63,965 nucleotides of DNA from Prorocentrum cordatum (GCA_963575745.1 CAUYUJ010000152.1:1-63965); one strand, 5' to 3'. Numbered from the stretch's first letter, positions 13,826 through 25,749 are shown. Numbers and translations are program-made. Notes: generated by a model from the sequence alone, not told the origin.

Positions 13826-14066
13826 CCCACACATCCGGCTGCTCCAATGTTGTTGCTGCGTGGGCCAGGGAGGTCTGGACCACCTCCCTCGGGCCAGCTT
13901 CTCGTCCCGAGTCGTTCTTGTTGACGGTCCCTGGAGGCCGAAAAGCCCTCCCGAACCGCCCGCTCCAACTTTTCGTCCCGAGTCGTTCTTGTTGACGGTC
14001 CCTGGAGGCCGAAAAGCCCTCCCGAACCGCCCGCTCCAATTTTGTTTGGAGCGTCGGACCTCTGGG
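13826..14066. mobile_element. MITE family E (CCCA(G/C)ACATCCG ends, 2-bp TC TSD) with an internal tandem duplication
   Basis: TC|CCCACACATCCG...CGGACCTCTGGG|TC; shares the GAGTCGTT..TGACGG core with copies at 17834, 39360 and 58232; a related element lies at ~13027-13278. Confidence 0.75.
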
Positions 14067-16602
14067 TCCGCGTCTCCTGTCGAGCCGACAGCGGAGCTCC
14101 CAGGGCGCAGACCGTGAGGGCCCGCACGACCTTGCCGAGGCTCCTCCTCCTCCTCCTCCTCCTCCTCCTCCTCCTCCTCCTCCCAGGCCCAGGCGCCCAA
14201 GAGGATAGGCAGGAGGAGGAGCGGGAGATGCAGTGGGGTGGGCGAGGGGGGTGGTGGGCAGGGGGGGAGGGCGTAGGCGATGGGGGTGGGGTTGGGCGAG
14301 CGATGGGGGAGGTGGCGATGGACTGGCGGCGGTGTAGGGTGGGTGAGGGGGGGGGGGAGGGCGAATGGACGGTGGCGGTGGGCCGACGGGGGTGGGCGGA
14401 GAGGGGGTGGGCGAGGGGGGGGGGCGGAGGGGAGGGGGCGGCGATGGGGGTGGGCGTGGATCAAGAGGTGATAGAGGCGAAATGGGAGTAGATGAGGGGG
14501 GACATGAGGAGCAACGACACCGGCAGGAGGACGAGGAAGGAGGGGGAGGACGGGGAACATGTTGAGCAGGAGGGGGAGAACCAGCGGGATGAGGAAACCG
14601 GAAAAGAGGGAGGCGGATGCAGAAGGGTGAGGGGGGGGAGGAAAATGATGACATCTGTCCCTCTTTCCCTCCTGCTCTCCTTCCTCACCTCCCTGTCCAC
14701 ACCTCGGGCTTTCTCCAACCCCCTCCTCTGCCTCCACCCTTCTCAGCGTTTTTCCCCCTCTTTCCGCTGCCCCGTATTCTTCCCCCGCGCCTGCATTACC
14801 TTCCTTCCCCTCTTTTCCTAGCCATCCATCCATCCATCCATCCATCCATCCATCCATCCATCCATCCATCCATCCATCCTCTCTCTCTCTCTACGATTAC
14901 ACATTGTGACTACTACCCTCCTCTCTCCACGTTTTTGGAATACAAGCATCAAAAGCATACACACAGGAATTCAACTATGTGTATTTCCAATGTTTTTGAT
15001 TTACGATCCGATTGTTTTTTTTCGGCTTTCAACTGTGCTCTGGTCATTCAGAATGGCGCTCTCGCTTCATCGCGGGCCGCTTTTCTGACTCCGAACCCTT
15101 TTTCTTCGTTGTCGCCCCCCCATCCTTCAGTATCCGTCCTCCGCCTTTGCGCTGCAATTCCTGCTTCTGCTGCTGCTATTCGTCCTCGTCTTCCGCCTTC
15201 CTCATCCTCCTCCCCATCGCCCTGCTCACCCGCCACCTCCTCCTCCTCCTCCTCCTGCTTCTCCTCCTCCTCCTCCTCCTCCTCCTCCAATGTCAGCAGC
15301 TCCCCCTTTCCCGATGACGCACAACACGATGGTTTTTGTTGGTTGGAAGTCCAGGTCAGCTAAGACACGCGTCTGCGGATAGAGGACATATCAGCGCAGT
15401 GGGAAAGGATGGGTGGGAAGGACAGGATGTCATAGATGGCGCGGGCGCGCCTCGCTTGCCCTTCTCTCTCTCCCTTCTCTCCTCCCTCTCCCCTCCATCC
15501 ACCTCTCTCATCACCACTTCTTCCCTCCTGCTCCTGATTCCTGCTTCCTGACGCTGCAAGGTCCTCAAGACGTAGCCCTCCCCCCCGAGGGCCGGTCATA
15601 TCTGGTGGGGTTGACCAAACTAGAGCGGGGCGACCTCTGGAGCACCGCTCCAGGAGTCGCTGGCTGATGAGGGGAAAAAGGAAAACGTAGTGCGACTTCC
15701 TCCAACTCTTCATGAATCCCCCCCCTCCTGTTGGCCGCTGGTGGCCACACTGCTCCAAGTCTGGCATTGTGCTTCGGCAGGTCGGCTAGCCTGATGCTGC
15801 TGGCTCGGGCAGCTCTGGCTGCTCTGTTATGCGGCGGACGTACGGTGTGAGGCAGACTCGAGTCTGGTGGCCGCGCGCGGTCTGGGCCCTCCAGGCGCCC
15901 TGAGGTTTGGCGGTTTGCCCTCAACCTCCACCTGGGCAGTACTTTTTGCTGGTTCTCTTTGGGGCTTGTCTGACACTGAGGAGGAGGAGGAAGAGGAGGG
16001 GGAGGCGGAGGAGGAGGAGGAGGGCCTGTGTTATGTCCTCGGGTTTACTGCTGGGCAGGCCAAGCCGGTGCAGCCGAACCAGAGCACGCGAGTGGCTCTG
16101 GGAGGCAAGTGGGCGGTGGGGAGTGGGCATGGACGATCCTGGCGGCTGGGCCTCGCTCGTGCGGCAGCCAAAAAGTGAGAGCGGGCAGCGGCGCGTCGAG
16201 CTCCCGCCCGGGTCTTGTGCTGGTCCCCGCCCATCCACCCTGTGACAGAGTGGCGGCGGTAGGCGCATTCGCGCGCGCGGTCACACGCTGACGCTTACGT
16301 AACCTCGAACTCCTGTCAGGAGAGGGTCTCTGTAAGCACAGGCAGGTTAAATTGGGCATCGCCGGCAAAGAGGACGGTTGTCTTCGCGCCCGTGATGGAC
16401 GAGAGAAAAATATGGGGAAGACAGCAGAAGGCGGCCAAGCACCGGCGTTATCGGTTGGCGGCTTGGTCTCGCTCCTGTGGCGCTGACAACGTTAGCGAGC
16501 GGCGGCGCATCGATATCCCCACCCGGCCCCGAGCGTATCCACCACCTCCCCCGCAACCAACCTTTGGCGCGTCGGCGAATCGCACGCGCCGTCGGGCGCA
16601 TC

Positions 16603-16796
16603 TCGGGGGCGGCAAATAGGGGGGTGTCCAAGAGGGGGGGTGCAAATCATGACCGGCGGCATGTGCGCGGCCCTGCGGGGGGGCCAGGGACGTAATGAAA
16701 TAAGAGGCGCCATGAAATCTGGGGAAATATCATGGCCCCCGCCATGATCTCCATGCACCCCCTCCTAGTCATCACCCCCCTCTTTCCCGTCCCCGC
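16603..16796. mobile_element. MITE, 5-bp TSD class (family L)
   Basis: GCATC|TCGGGGGCGG...CCGTCCCCGC|GCATC. Confidence 0.8.
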
Positions 16797-16886
16797 GCAT
16801 CGGTGGAAGCCTTCCCCGGGTGTGGGCGCACCGACCCCCGGGACCGCCGCTTCCGTCGCCGCCAGCTTGACCTCCGCCTGGTCCTC

Positions 16887-17229
16887 TTGGACGCCCGAAA
16901 TATCCGGGGTAACTCGGGTCCGGGGTAACTCGGGTTTGGGTTCCCGAAAAACGAACCCGAGTTAGCCCTGCCCCGAGTTACCCCTGATGATTCGGGGCTC
17001 TGGACGCCCGAATTATCCGGGGTAAGTCGGGTCCGGGGTAACTCGGGTCCGGACTCCCGAAAAACGAACCCGAGTTAGCCCTGACCCGAGTTACCCCTGA
17101 TGATTCGGGGCTCTGGACGCCCGAATTATCCGGGGTAAGTCGGGTCCGGGGTAACTCGGGTCCGGACTCCCGAAAAACGAACCCGAGTTAGCCCTGACCC
17201 GAGTTACCCCGGATGATTCGGGGCTCTGA
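16887..17229. mobile_element. Family B element: 3 tandem 113-bp palindromic units, 5-bp TSD
   Basis: Units start at 16890, 17003 and 17116; arms built of GGGTAACTCGGG / CCCGAGTTACCC; flanks TCCTC/TGCTC. Confidence 0.9.
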
Positions 17230-17564
17230 TGCTCTGCGACCGCGGCCCTGTGATCCAGGTCCTCGGCCTGGTGCCCCAAGGCGGGCCCGGCGCAGCCGCT
17301 GCTGACGCCGCAGCTGGCGCCGCAGCAGGCGTTCGGGAAGAGGTCGGCGCCGTCCTGCGCGGCGTGGCCGCCGGCGGTGGCGGCGTCGGGGCCGGCGGAG
17401 GTGGCCGAACTCGTCGTCCGCGCGGCGTGCTCTGCCCGTCCAGCCGACCCGCCGCGTGCCGCGTGCCGCCGTACCGTCCCGCGGCGGGCCGCCCAGCGTG
17501 CCGCCCGGCGTGCCCGTCGGCCAGCCGTGGCCTGCGCAGGGATGCCTCGGCGCCGGGGAGCAGC

Positions 17565-17784
17565 GACCGAGGAAGAGGCGGTCGGGTCGGGCGGGCGGGA
17601 CAATCATGTATGATGCGCCATCGAGGTGGGGCGCGAAGATCCTAACGGGCGGGTCGGGTCGGTCGGGCGGGCCCTGACAGGTTGGACGGGTCGAGTCGGG
17701 CGGGCGGACCCTAACGGGCGGGTCGGGTCGGGACGGGCGGGCGGGTCGGGTCGGACGGGCGGACCCGAACGGGCGGGTCGGGTC
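17565..17784. mobile_element. Short insertion rich in GGGTC/GGGC repeats with 8-bp TSD (family M)
   Basis: GGAGCAGC|GACC...GGTC|GGAGCAGC. Confidence 0.65.
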
Positions 17785-17833
17785 GGAGCAGCGAACGGGT
17801 GAGCGCAACGACTGAGGAAGAGGCGCCGAACTC

Positions 17834-18029
17834 CCAGCACCGGGACCCGAGCTCCTCGAACCTGTCTCAGGACGGCGTCCCTGGAAGTCCCGACCCTTTC
17901 CCCGGGACCGGTCTTTCCTCCTGAGTCGTTTTCTGACGGTCCCGAGGCCTGGCGAGGGCCCCCCGGGCCCGGGCCGAAGATAGCCAAAAACCTGCCGCCC
18001 TGATGTTTTACGACGCGATCATGTCTGGG
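17834..18029. mobile_element. MITE family E copy
   Basis: Core CCCGGGACCGGT..CCTGAGTCGTTTTCTGACGGTCCCGAGGCC; right end ATGTCTGGG|TC; left boundary uncertain by 1 nt. Confidence 0.75.
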
Positions 18030-18251
18030 TCGACCTCACCACCCACTCCGATAGCCTCCCCCCCCTTCGGCGGCAGCCGACCCGACGTGGGTGCGGTGCA
18101 GGGGGTTCGGCGGTGGGGCGGGCTAGCGCCGTCCCGCCTGGTCTGGGCAGGCGTCAGGCCGCTTGGAGCGGGCAGCACCCGTGGCGGCCGGCGGGTGTGG
18201 GCCCCGTCGTCGGTGTCGCTGCCTTCGAGAGTGGTGCTGGTCTCGTTGGGG

Positions 18252-18410
18252 CACAGTCGGACTCGATTGGACAGGACACGCGAGAGGACACGAAAGACCC
18301 TTCCGGGGGCCACATTGCCACAGGAATGTAGGAAGCACGGGTCGCGAGACACAGGACACAAGGGTACCCTTGATTTGGCAGGGTCGACCTACTAATCTGG
18401 GCCGACTGTA
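18252..18410. mobile_element. MITE family H (CAGTCGG ends, TA TSD)
   Basis: CA|CAGTCGG...CCGACTG|TA; shares GGGTACCC-TGATTTGGCA with 38218-38362 and a degenerate copy at ~58729-58890. Confidence 0.8.
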
Positions 18411-18417
18411 CACCCTG

Positions 18418-18565
18418 CGAAATGCTTAAGAAATCATGGGTTAAGAAATTCATAGTCTCAGAATTAAAGAAAAGCCCAGAATTCCTATCAAAATCTTAGG
18501 AATTAAATTGAAACATTAAGAATAATCGAGACTCTGGCCGAAAACTTCAGTTTTCTTGAGCATCG
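18418..18565 (-). mobile_element. AT-rich inverted-repeat element (family G) with 4-bp TSD forming a GC-AG intron (introner-like)
   Basis: CCTG|CGAAATGCTTAAGAAA...TTTCTTGAGCATCG|CCTG; on the minus strand reads CAG|GCGATG...TTTCGCAG|G. Confidence 0.7.
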
Positions 18566-18696
18566 CCTGAGGTGTAGCCTCCCTTCTGGGTGCCGGCAGC
18601 CAGACGGGCGAGCTGGGGCGAACACGGCCGGCTCTGGGTGGAGTTTGAGCGTCTGTCTGTGTGCTGGTGTGGGTGCATGCGTCAACGACGTTGGTG

Positions 18697-18889
18697 TACG
18701 GCGGGTTCGTGTCGTGCCGACCCCAGCGTTGGTTTTTGACACCGCGCTGGATCGTTCAACCTTGAACGATCGGCCGTCTCCGCAACGTCCAATCGTTCAA
18801 CATCGACCGATTCTGGGCCGCCGCCGGCGTTCAACCTTGAACGCCCGCGCTGGGGTCGCGACGAGTCGACACGACGCAGACCTACCGTA
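18697..18889. mobile_element. MITE family A, copy 2
   Basis: TA-CGGCGGGTTCGTGTCG...CGCAGACCTACCG-TA. Confidence 0.9.
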
Positions 18890-21180
18890 CACGTGCCGTT
18901 CTCGATGCTGGCTGTGATGAGCAGGGCTGTCAGCCAGGATCGCGGCCATGTCCCCAGCCATGCTGCTGCCACTGCGCGCGGCGAAGGCGAGCCTCCTGCA
19001 TGCCTCGGAGTGCTGGTGAGTCGCACTGGGAAGCCCAGGCCCATCTGGGCCCGTCGTCTCGCCGACCGTGCGGCGTCCCTGGCGCAGGCTGTGTCGCGGG
19101 CGCCGCGGCCACTCCTCTGCGAGGGTATGGCGCGGCCGGGCGCCTCGCCTAGCAGTCGCCCGCTGCGGGCCCTCCCGCTCCTGTGTCGAGGGCCAGGCGG
19201 GGGAGTCCGAGCCTCCGAGGCGGACAACGGCTCTTCTCCTCTCTTTTTCCTTCTCCTCCGCCTACTCCTTCCCCCCCCCGTCCCGTCTCTCCCTGCCACT
19301 CATTCACTCCTCCTCCTCCTCCTACCTCCTCCTCCTCTCCTCCTCCTCCTCCTCCTCCTCCTCCTCCCCTTCCTCCTCCTCCTCCTCCTCCTCCTCCTCC
19401 TCCTCCTCCTCCTCCTCCTCCCACGCCTCTTCCTATCACACTTCCCTTCCTCCTTCTCACCTCCTTCATCAACCTCCCTCCTGACCCCTCCCCCGCGCCC
19501 AAGATGTTCGCCTGGCGCCCGAAGCCAGCGAACGAGAGGAAGCTGCTCATCTGGGACTGCGCTGGGGACTGCGGCGCCTGGGACCGACATCGTATCAGGA
19601 CAAGGATGAGGAAGGATGATGGTGATGATGATGATGATGATGATGATGATGAGGAGGAGGAGGAGGAGGAGGAGGAGGGGGGAGGAGGAGGAGAGGAGGA
19701 AGAGGGAGAAGACCAATGGGACGAGGAGGAGGAGGAGGAGGAGGAGGAGGAGGAGAAGGAGAGAAGGAGGAGGAGGAGGAGGAGGAGGAGGAGGAGGAGG
19801 AGGACGGGGGAAGAGGAGACGACGATCAGCACGACGACGAAGAGGATACGGCGGAGGCTACATGGACAGAACATATCCAACACCTCTGTCCCTCCTTCTC
19901 TTCCTTCTCATCCTCGCTCCTCCTCCTCCCTCTCCTCCTCCTCGCCCTCGTCCCTCCTCCTCCTCCTCCTCCTCGATCCTCCTCCTCCCTCCTCTTCCTC
20001 TCCTCCTCCTCCTCCTCCTCCTCGCCCTCGTCTCCTCCTCCTCCTCCTCCTCCTCGATCCTCCTCCTCCCTCCTCCTCTTCCTCCTCGTCCTCATCGTCC
20101 TCCTCGTCGTCGTCGTCCTCCTCCTCCTCCTCATCCTCCCTCTTTATGCGTCAGGCGATTTTGTACGAAGCTGCTCCAGGCGCTGGAGGCAGCCCACTCC
20201 GATTGGCTCACGAGGCCCCCGGATTTGCATCAGAGGAGGCTGTGCTGCAGGCATTCGGTCTTCTCGTCTCTGACCTGCCCCGTGTGCAGGCCCTCGGAGA
20301 GTCCATCCGTCGAGGAGGGTCAGAAGAGGACTCTGACCCCGAGTCTGACGGAGGCGACTTGTTCTAGTCACCACGTTTAGCGCAATCCACAACAACCTCC
20401 TCCCTCCCTCCCTCCCTCCCTCCCTCCCTCCCTGGGGGGCTGGGAAATGCGCAACTGTCGCATCTTTCGTGGGCACCGGCTCCCTCTCTTCCCTCCTCCT
20501 TCTCTTCCTCCTCCTCCTCCTCCTCCGCCTCCTCCGTTCCTCCGTTCCTCCGTTCCTCCCTCCCTCCTCCCGCTCCACCTCCCTCCCCTGGCTCCTGCTG
20601 CTCCGTCTCCTCCCTCCTCCCTCCGCCTGCTCCTCCTCCTCCTCCTGCCCTCCTCTCTCCCTCCTAGTTCCTCATCCTCTCCTTCCTCCTTCTCCTTCCT
20701 CCTCCCTCTCCTCCTGCTGCTTCTGCTCCTACCCGTCCTCATTATACGCCACCCTCCTTCGAGGCACGAGTCGGGGTGTTCCCAAGGCCCTTAGAGTCTG
20801 TAGTGAATCAGGGCTGTTGAATATGAAAGGGCCAGGAGGCCAAACTGCCTGAATCTCCAGTGGGTGTCGCGAGTGCCCGCAAACCTCTGGGGAGTTCTCG
20901 CGTGACGCTCACTGGGGTCCAACGGCCCAAGACAGGCCGAAAGGGCCCTGAGAAACCCCCTAGGACGGTCAAAGAGGGCGCCGAGATGGCCCAAGAGCGC
21001 TGCAAGAAGCACAAAACGACCTCAAGTCAAGGCTCGGACAGGCAGTGTGCAGAAGTGCGCACCCACCGTCAGATCCCTGGCGCAGACCGGGAACTAACCC
21101 AGGAAAGAGTCCTCGAACTTCCTCTGCGAACCTCCTCGTGAACGATCGGGGGGGGAACATCGACCTAGAATCGGCGATAC

Positions 21181-21317
21181 TGAAAAGGCCATGGGACACA
21201 CAAATAAATACGCACAAATAATAGGATTCTCCATATTTTCCTATATCTCTTGGATTTTGTGAGAATTTTTCTGAGAATCGACAAATAATTGTGTCTGTGT
21301 GTCTTTGTCCTTCCTGA
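21181..21317. mobile_element. MITE family C, copy 1 (5-bp TSD GATAC)
   Basis: GATAC|TGAAAAGG..GGGACAC...AATCGAC..TAATTGTGTC..CCTGA|GATAC. Confidence 0.85.
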
Positions 21318-21887
21318 GATACATCGCGGATCGGTCAGCGATAGGTCCCCGATAGCGACTCTGCACATTCCTGGGCGGGGTGGGCCACTGGGCCCCTGTC
21401 GGAGATGAGTGGGGAATTTAGGTTTCGATGCGTTCCCCTCCCTGAGTCTATCCCCTTCTCACGTTGCCCCTGAACCTCCTCGAGCCTTCTCGAGCCTCCT
21501 CCTCCTCCTCCTCCGCGTCCGCCTCCGCCTCCTCTCCTCCGCCTCCTCCTCTTCCTCCTCCCCCTCCTCCTCCCCCTCCTCCTCCTCCTCCTCCTCCTCC
21601 TCCTCCTCCTCCTCATCCTCCTCCTCCTCCTTGGCCCGCGAAATTTCGAAACGCCGCCCTCGAACCTCCTCCTCGAGCCTCTTCCGCTAACCTCCTCGAG
21701 TCTCCTTCCTCTTCCCCCTCCTTGAGCCTCCCCCTCCCCGCTCTCTGAGAGGCCCCGAGGGCGCCGGCGACGCTGGCGCCCGCGCGGCGGCCGGCGAGGC
21801 GAAGGCGCCGCTCTGCCTGGAGCCTCTCGCGGGGGGGCGGTGGGGGCGGGAAGGAGACGAAGGGAGGGAAGGATGACGACGGGGGTC

Positions 21888-22640
21888 AGGAGGAGGAGGA
21901 GGAGGAGGAGGAGGAGGAGGAGGAGAGGAGGAGGAGGAGGAGGAGGAGGAGGAGGAGGAGGAGGAGGAGGAGGGAGGAGGCGAGGAGAGGAGGAGGAGGC
22001 GGAGGAGGAGGAGGAGGAGGAGGCGGAGGAGGAGGAGGAGGAGGAGGAGGAGGAGGAGAGGAGGAGGAGGAGGAGGAGGAGGAGGAGGAGGAGGAGGAGG
22101 AGGAGGAGGAGGAGGAGGAGGAGGAGGGGAGGACGAGGAGGAAGAGGGGGGGGGAGGAGGGGGAGGAGGCAGGAGGAGACGAGGAGGAGGACGAGGAGGC
22201 AGGAGAGGAGGCGGAGGAGGAGGGAGGAGGACGGAGGGGAGGAGGAGGAGGAGGAGAGGAGGAGGAGGAGGAGGAGGAGGAGGAGGAGGAGGAGGAGGAG
22301 GAGGAGGAGGGGGAAGGGAGGAGGAGGGGGGGAGGAGGAGGAGGAGGAGGAGGAGGGGAGGAGGAGGAGGAGGAGGAGGAGAGGAGGAGGAGGAGGAGGA
22401 GGAGAGGAGGAGGGGAGGAGGAGAGGGGGAGGAGGAGGAGGAGGAGGAGAGAGGAGGAGGAGGAGGAGGAGGAGGAGGAGGAGGAGGAGGAGGGGAGGAG
22501 GAGGAGGAGGAGGAGGAGGAGGAGGAGGAGGAGGAGGAGGAGGAGGGAGGAGGAGGGGGAGGAGGGAGGAGGAGGAGGAGGAGGAGGAGGAGGAGGAGGA
22601 GGAGGAGGGGTGAGAGAGGAGGAGGGGAGGAGGAGGAGGC
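21888..22640. repeat. Longest of dozens of (GGA)n/(CCT)n microsatellite tracts that pervade the window
   Basis: Directly visible; other tracts include 2190-2400, 7540-7830, 11030-11490, 19300-20140, 23270-23500, 48340-48770. Confidence 0.98.
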
Positions 22641-22936
22641 GAGCTCGCCCTGAAAAAATCACCCGTCCACCCCCTGGCCCCCGCGCCTGGATCGCCACCC
22701 GTGCCCCCCCCCCCTGGCCTTCCGGGCAACCCGGAATTGTCAGCCCCCCGTCTGCCTGCCCTGCCCCCCCGCTATTGCGGGGGCGAGGAGGCCCGCGAAA
22801 CAATTTTGTAATCGTCCGCCCCAGATTTTTTTGTTGTTTATCGTTTCCCCCCATTACGCCTCGCGCGCCTCGAAATTGCTGCGGAAACCGCAGAGGCGCG
22901 TCGCCGAGCAGGCCCAAACGGGGCCCTGCCCCGCGC

Positions 22937-23213
22937 CTGGGGCGGGGTGCCGCTGCGAAGGCTGGGCCGTGCGTCCGTCGGCGCCGTCAGTGCCGCTGGG
23001 CAGGTCGCCGTGATGTCCAGCGAGTCGCCTCCGCGCGGCGTCGCAGTGAAGCGTCTGCCGCGCCCCAGCGCGGAGGCGACGCTCGCGGCGGTGCCACGCG
23101 GGTGAGCTAGACGGCACCAGCTCCAGCCCCGCGGCCGCCAGCGCGGGGGCCGTCAGGCCCGAGATTGCACCGCCGCCCGACGAGCACGGGCAGGCGGCTG
23201 GTGTCGGGGCGTC
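22937..23213 (-). CDS. Candidate exon or coding remnant (DAPTPAACP...AWHRRERRLRAGARQTLHCDAARRRLAGHHG)
   Basis: Pyrimidine tract plus CAG|G acceptor, AG|GC donor; protein-like frame in ORF 22854-23264. Confidence 0.4.
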
Positions 23214-23499
23214 CTGGGGAAAGGGGGTGGGCGGAACACGCCCGTGCCTCCCCTCGAGCCCCAACGCCTAGGAGGAGGAGGAGGAGGAGGAGGAGGAGGA
23301 GGAGGAGGAGGAGGAGGAGGAGGAGAGGAGGAGGAGGAGGAGGAGGAGGAGGAGATGGAGGAGGAGAGGGAGGAGGAGGAGGAGGAGGAGGAGGAGGAGG
23401 AGGAGGAGGAGGAGGAGGAGAGGAGCAGGAGCAGGAGCAGGACGAGGAGGAGGAGGAGAGGAGAAGGAGGAGGAGGAGGAGAAGGGGGAGAAGGAGAAG

Positions 23500-23542
23500 G
23501 ATGATGAGGATGAGGATGAGGATGAGGATGAGGATGAGGATG

Positions 23543-23600
<58 letters not shown>

Positions 23601-23837
23601 CGATGACGATGATGATGCTGATGGTGCTGATGATGCTGCTGATGCTGATGCTGATGCTGATGCTGATGATGAGGATGAGGATGATGATGAGGATGATGAT
23701 GACGACGATGACGATGATGATGCTGATGGTGCTGATGATGCTGTTGATGATGTTGCTGATGATGCTGATGCTGATGCTGCTGATGATGATGCTGCTGCTG
23801 ATGATGATGATGATGATGATGATACTGGTGATGGTGG

Positions 23838-23908
<71 letters not shown>
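23500..23908. repeat. (GAT)n/(GCT)n microsatellite; similar tracts at 8010-8470 and (CAT)n at 29020-29300
   Basis: Directly visible. Confidence 0.97.
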
Positions 23909-24797
23909 CGGAGGAGGGGGAGGAGGGGGCGGGGTTGGGGAGGAGGGAAACTGGAGGCGGTGGTACCTTGGGAAGCACTGGGTGGGGCCGCGGGCGCAGC
24001 GCCTTTAGGGGCACCTCCCGCTCAAGGATGGCTGGGGCACAACCTACCTCCTGTCACGGAGGCCTCGTGCAGCAACGCCACGTTGCCGCTCGGTCCGAAT
24101 GACTACCAGGGGGTGTCCTCTCATGAGACGTTCCCGTCTCCCCGCGTCAACCGCAGGAAGGCCAGTGGCTCCTGCCCCCGATGCCCGAGGAGCGAGCCCC
24201 CAGAGCAAGCAACATCTACAACTGGGATCCCCACCCAGGGCCATCCGTGCCTGGCGGACGTCACGTGACGCAGGAAGGGGGAATGGCCAACATGGAAGAT
24301 CCCGCTCACCTCCGCCGGGGCCTCGCCCGTCCGAGCCAGCCCTGGCACCACCGCAGGGCGCAGAGGCGGGGCGATAGAACAAAAAACGGGAGGAGGCCCT
24401 CCCCAAGGTGCGGCACCCCCACCCCCACCCCAGCGCGGCTGCGTGACGCGGCCCTGCCTGTGGGGAAACATGGGGGAAGAGGATGCAGGGAGGCAACCAC
24501 GGCGGCGGCGGCGACCATGAAGAGGTGCTTACCTGACAATCTTGCCGTCCACGCTTGAGCAGCCCAGGGTGCTGGGTGAACCCAACCCCGAGGAGGCTCG
24601 GAGGGTTCCCCGCGCATCTGGGGCCCGCAGCGCCACAGGAACAGGGGGGGCATAGGCAACAAACCCTCGCGCTGCACCCACCGCAGGGACGAGCGGATAC
24701 GCTGCACCTCCTGACAGTTCGGGAGTGCGTCCCCCAACGGCCCCGCCTGCAAGTCCAGCGCGTGCCGCTCATGTCTCAACGCTGCCCAGCAACACCC

Positions 24798-24989
24798 TAC
24801 GGCAGGTTCGTGTCGTGCCGACCCCAGAGTTGGTTTTTGACACCGCAGGGATCGTTCAACCTTGAACGATCGGCCGCTGCCGCAACGTCCGAGCGTTGAA
24901 CATTGATCGATTCTGGGTCGCCGGCGGCGTTCAACCTTGAACGCCCGCGCTGGGGTCGCCGCTGGTCGACACGACGCAAACCTACCGTA
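24798..24989. mobile_element. MITE family A, copy 3
   Basis: TA-CGGCAGGTTCGTGTCG...CGCAAACCTACCG-TA. Confidence 0.9.
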
Positions 24990-25103
24990 TCGGCCTCATC
25001 ATCGCCTGCGGCTCCCAGGCCGCGTCCCTGAGGAAACTCAGCGGGTGCGGCCAGGGCGGATTCCGTGCCCCACGCCCTGGCCCGCCCCGCACAACCTCAC
25101 ATG

Positions 25104-25188
25104 TGAAGGGGCCCTGGGACACCATATTTTCCCATATTTTCTGGGGAATCGACGATTAATTGTGTCTGTGTGTTTTTTCCCCTCCTGA
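25104..25188. mobile_element. MITE family C, copy 2 (5-bp TSD ACATG)
   Basis: ACATG|TGAAGGGGCC...CTCCTGA|ACATG. Confidence 0.85.
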
Positions 25189-25304
25189 ACATGTGCCAGC
25201 CCCCACAAACAGACACGTCAGGTACACAGGCGCGGCGCGCTGCATTAGGCACTAGGACGGAGGCGGACACCAGCTCTGGGAGACCTCTGCCCCCTGCACA
25301 ACAT

Positions 25305-25490
25305 CTTGCCGTCGCTCGGGCGTCCATTCCTCGTGCGCTCGTCGGCTTCGTGCGTGCGTGTGTGGCCGGATGATCCAGGATGCTCCTCGCTTGTCGGCTT
25401 CGTGCGTGCTTTTGTGGCCAGATGATCCAGGATGCTCCTCGATGGCTTTCGCCGAGGAAATATGCACACACACGTCCGAGCGATGCCAAT
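25305..25490. mobile_element. MITE family J, copy 1 (4-bp TSD)
   Basis: Ends related to CTCG(C/G)CATCGCTCGGACGT; flanks ACAT/CCAT. Confidence 0.75.
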
Positions 25491-25749
25491 CCATGCCCTG
25501 TCTGCCACCCGAGGGGTCATCAGCGCAGAGCGGGGGGCGAGAGGGCGGCGCCCGCCCCGCCACGCCTCACCTGGCTTGATCCTGCTCTGTGCGGGGAGGC
25601 GGGAGGCAGAGGAGGAGGGCAGGTGGAGGGGGGGGGGGCGGACCAGGGGCGGGAGGGGGAGGCGAGGGGGGGAGGGGGCGGACGGGAGAGCAGGGCAGAG
25701 TGGGGACGAGAGGGGGAGGGTGGATCGCGGGCCACTCGTCAAACACTGG

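Noticed and set aside
16887..17229. CRISPR-like appearance of palindromic tandem repeats (also 55808-56270)
   Set aside because: No unique spacers of uniform length, units too long, TSD-flanked in the case of family B, eukaryotic context, and no cas genes.
20146..20367. Plus-strand peptide MRQAILYEAAPG...SDGGDLF*
   Set aside because: Short, isolated between (CCT)n tracts, with no recognisable domain or supporting exons; may be a retro-fragment.
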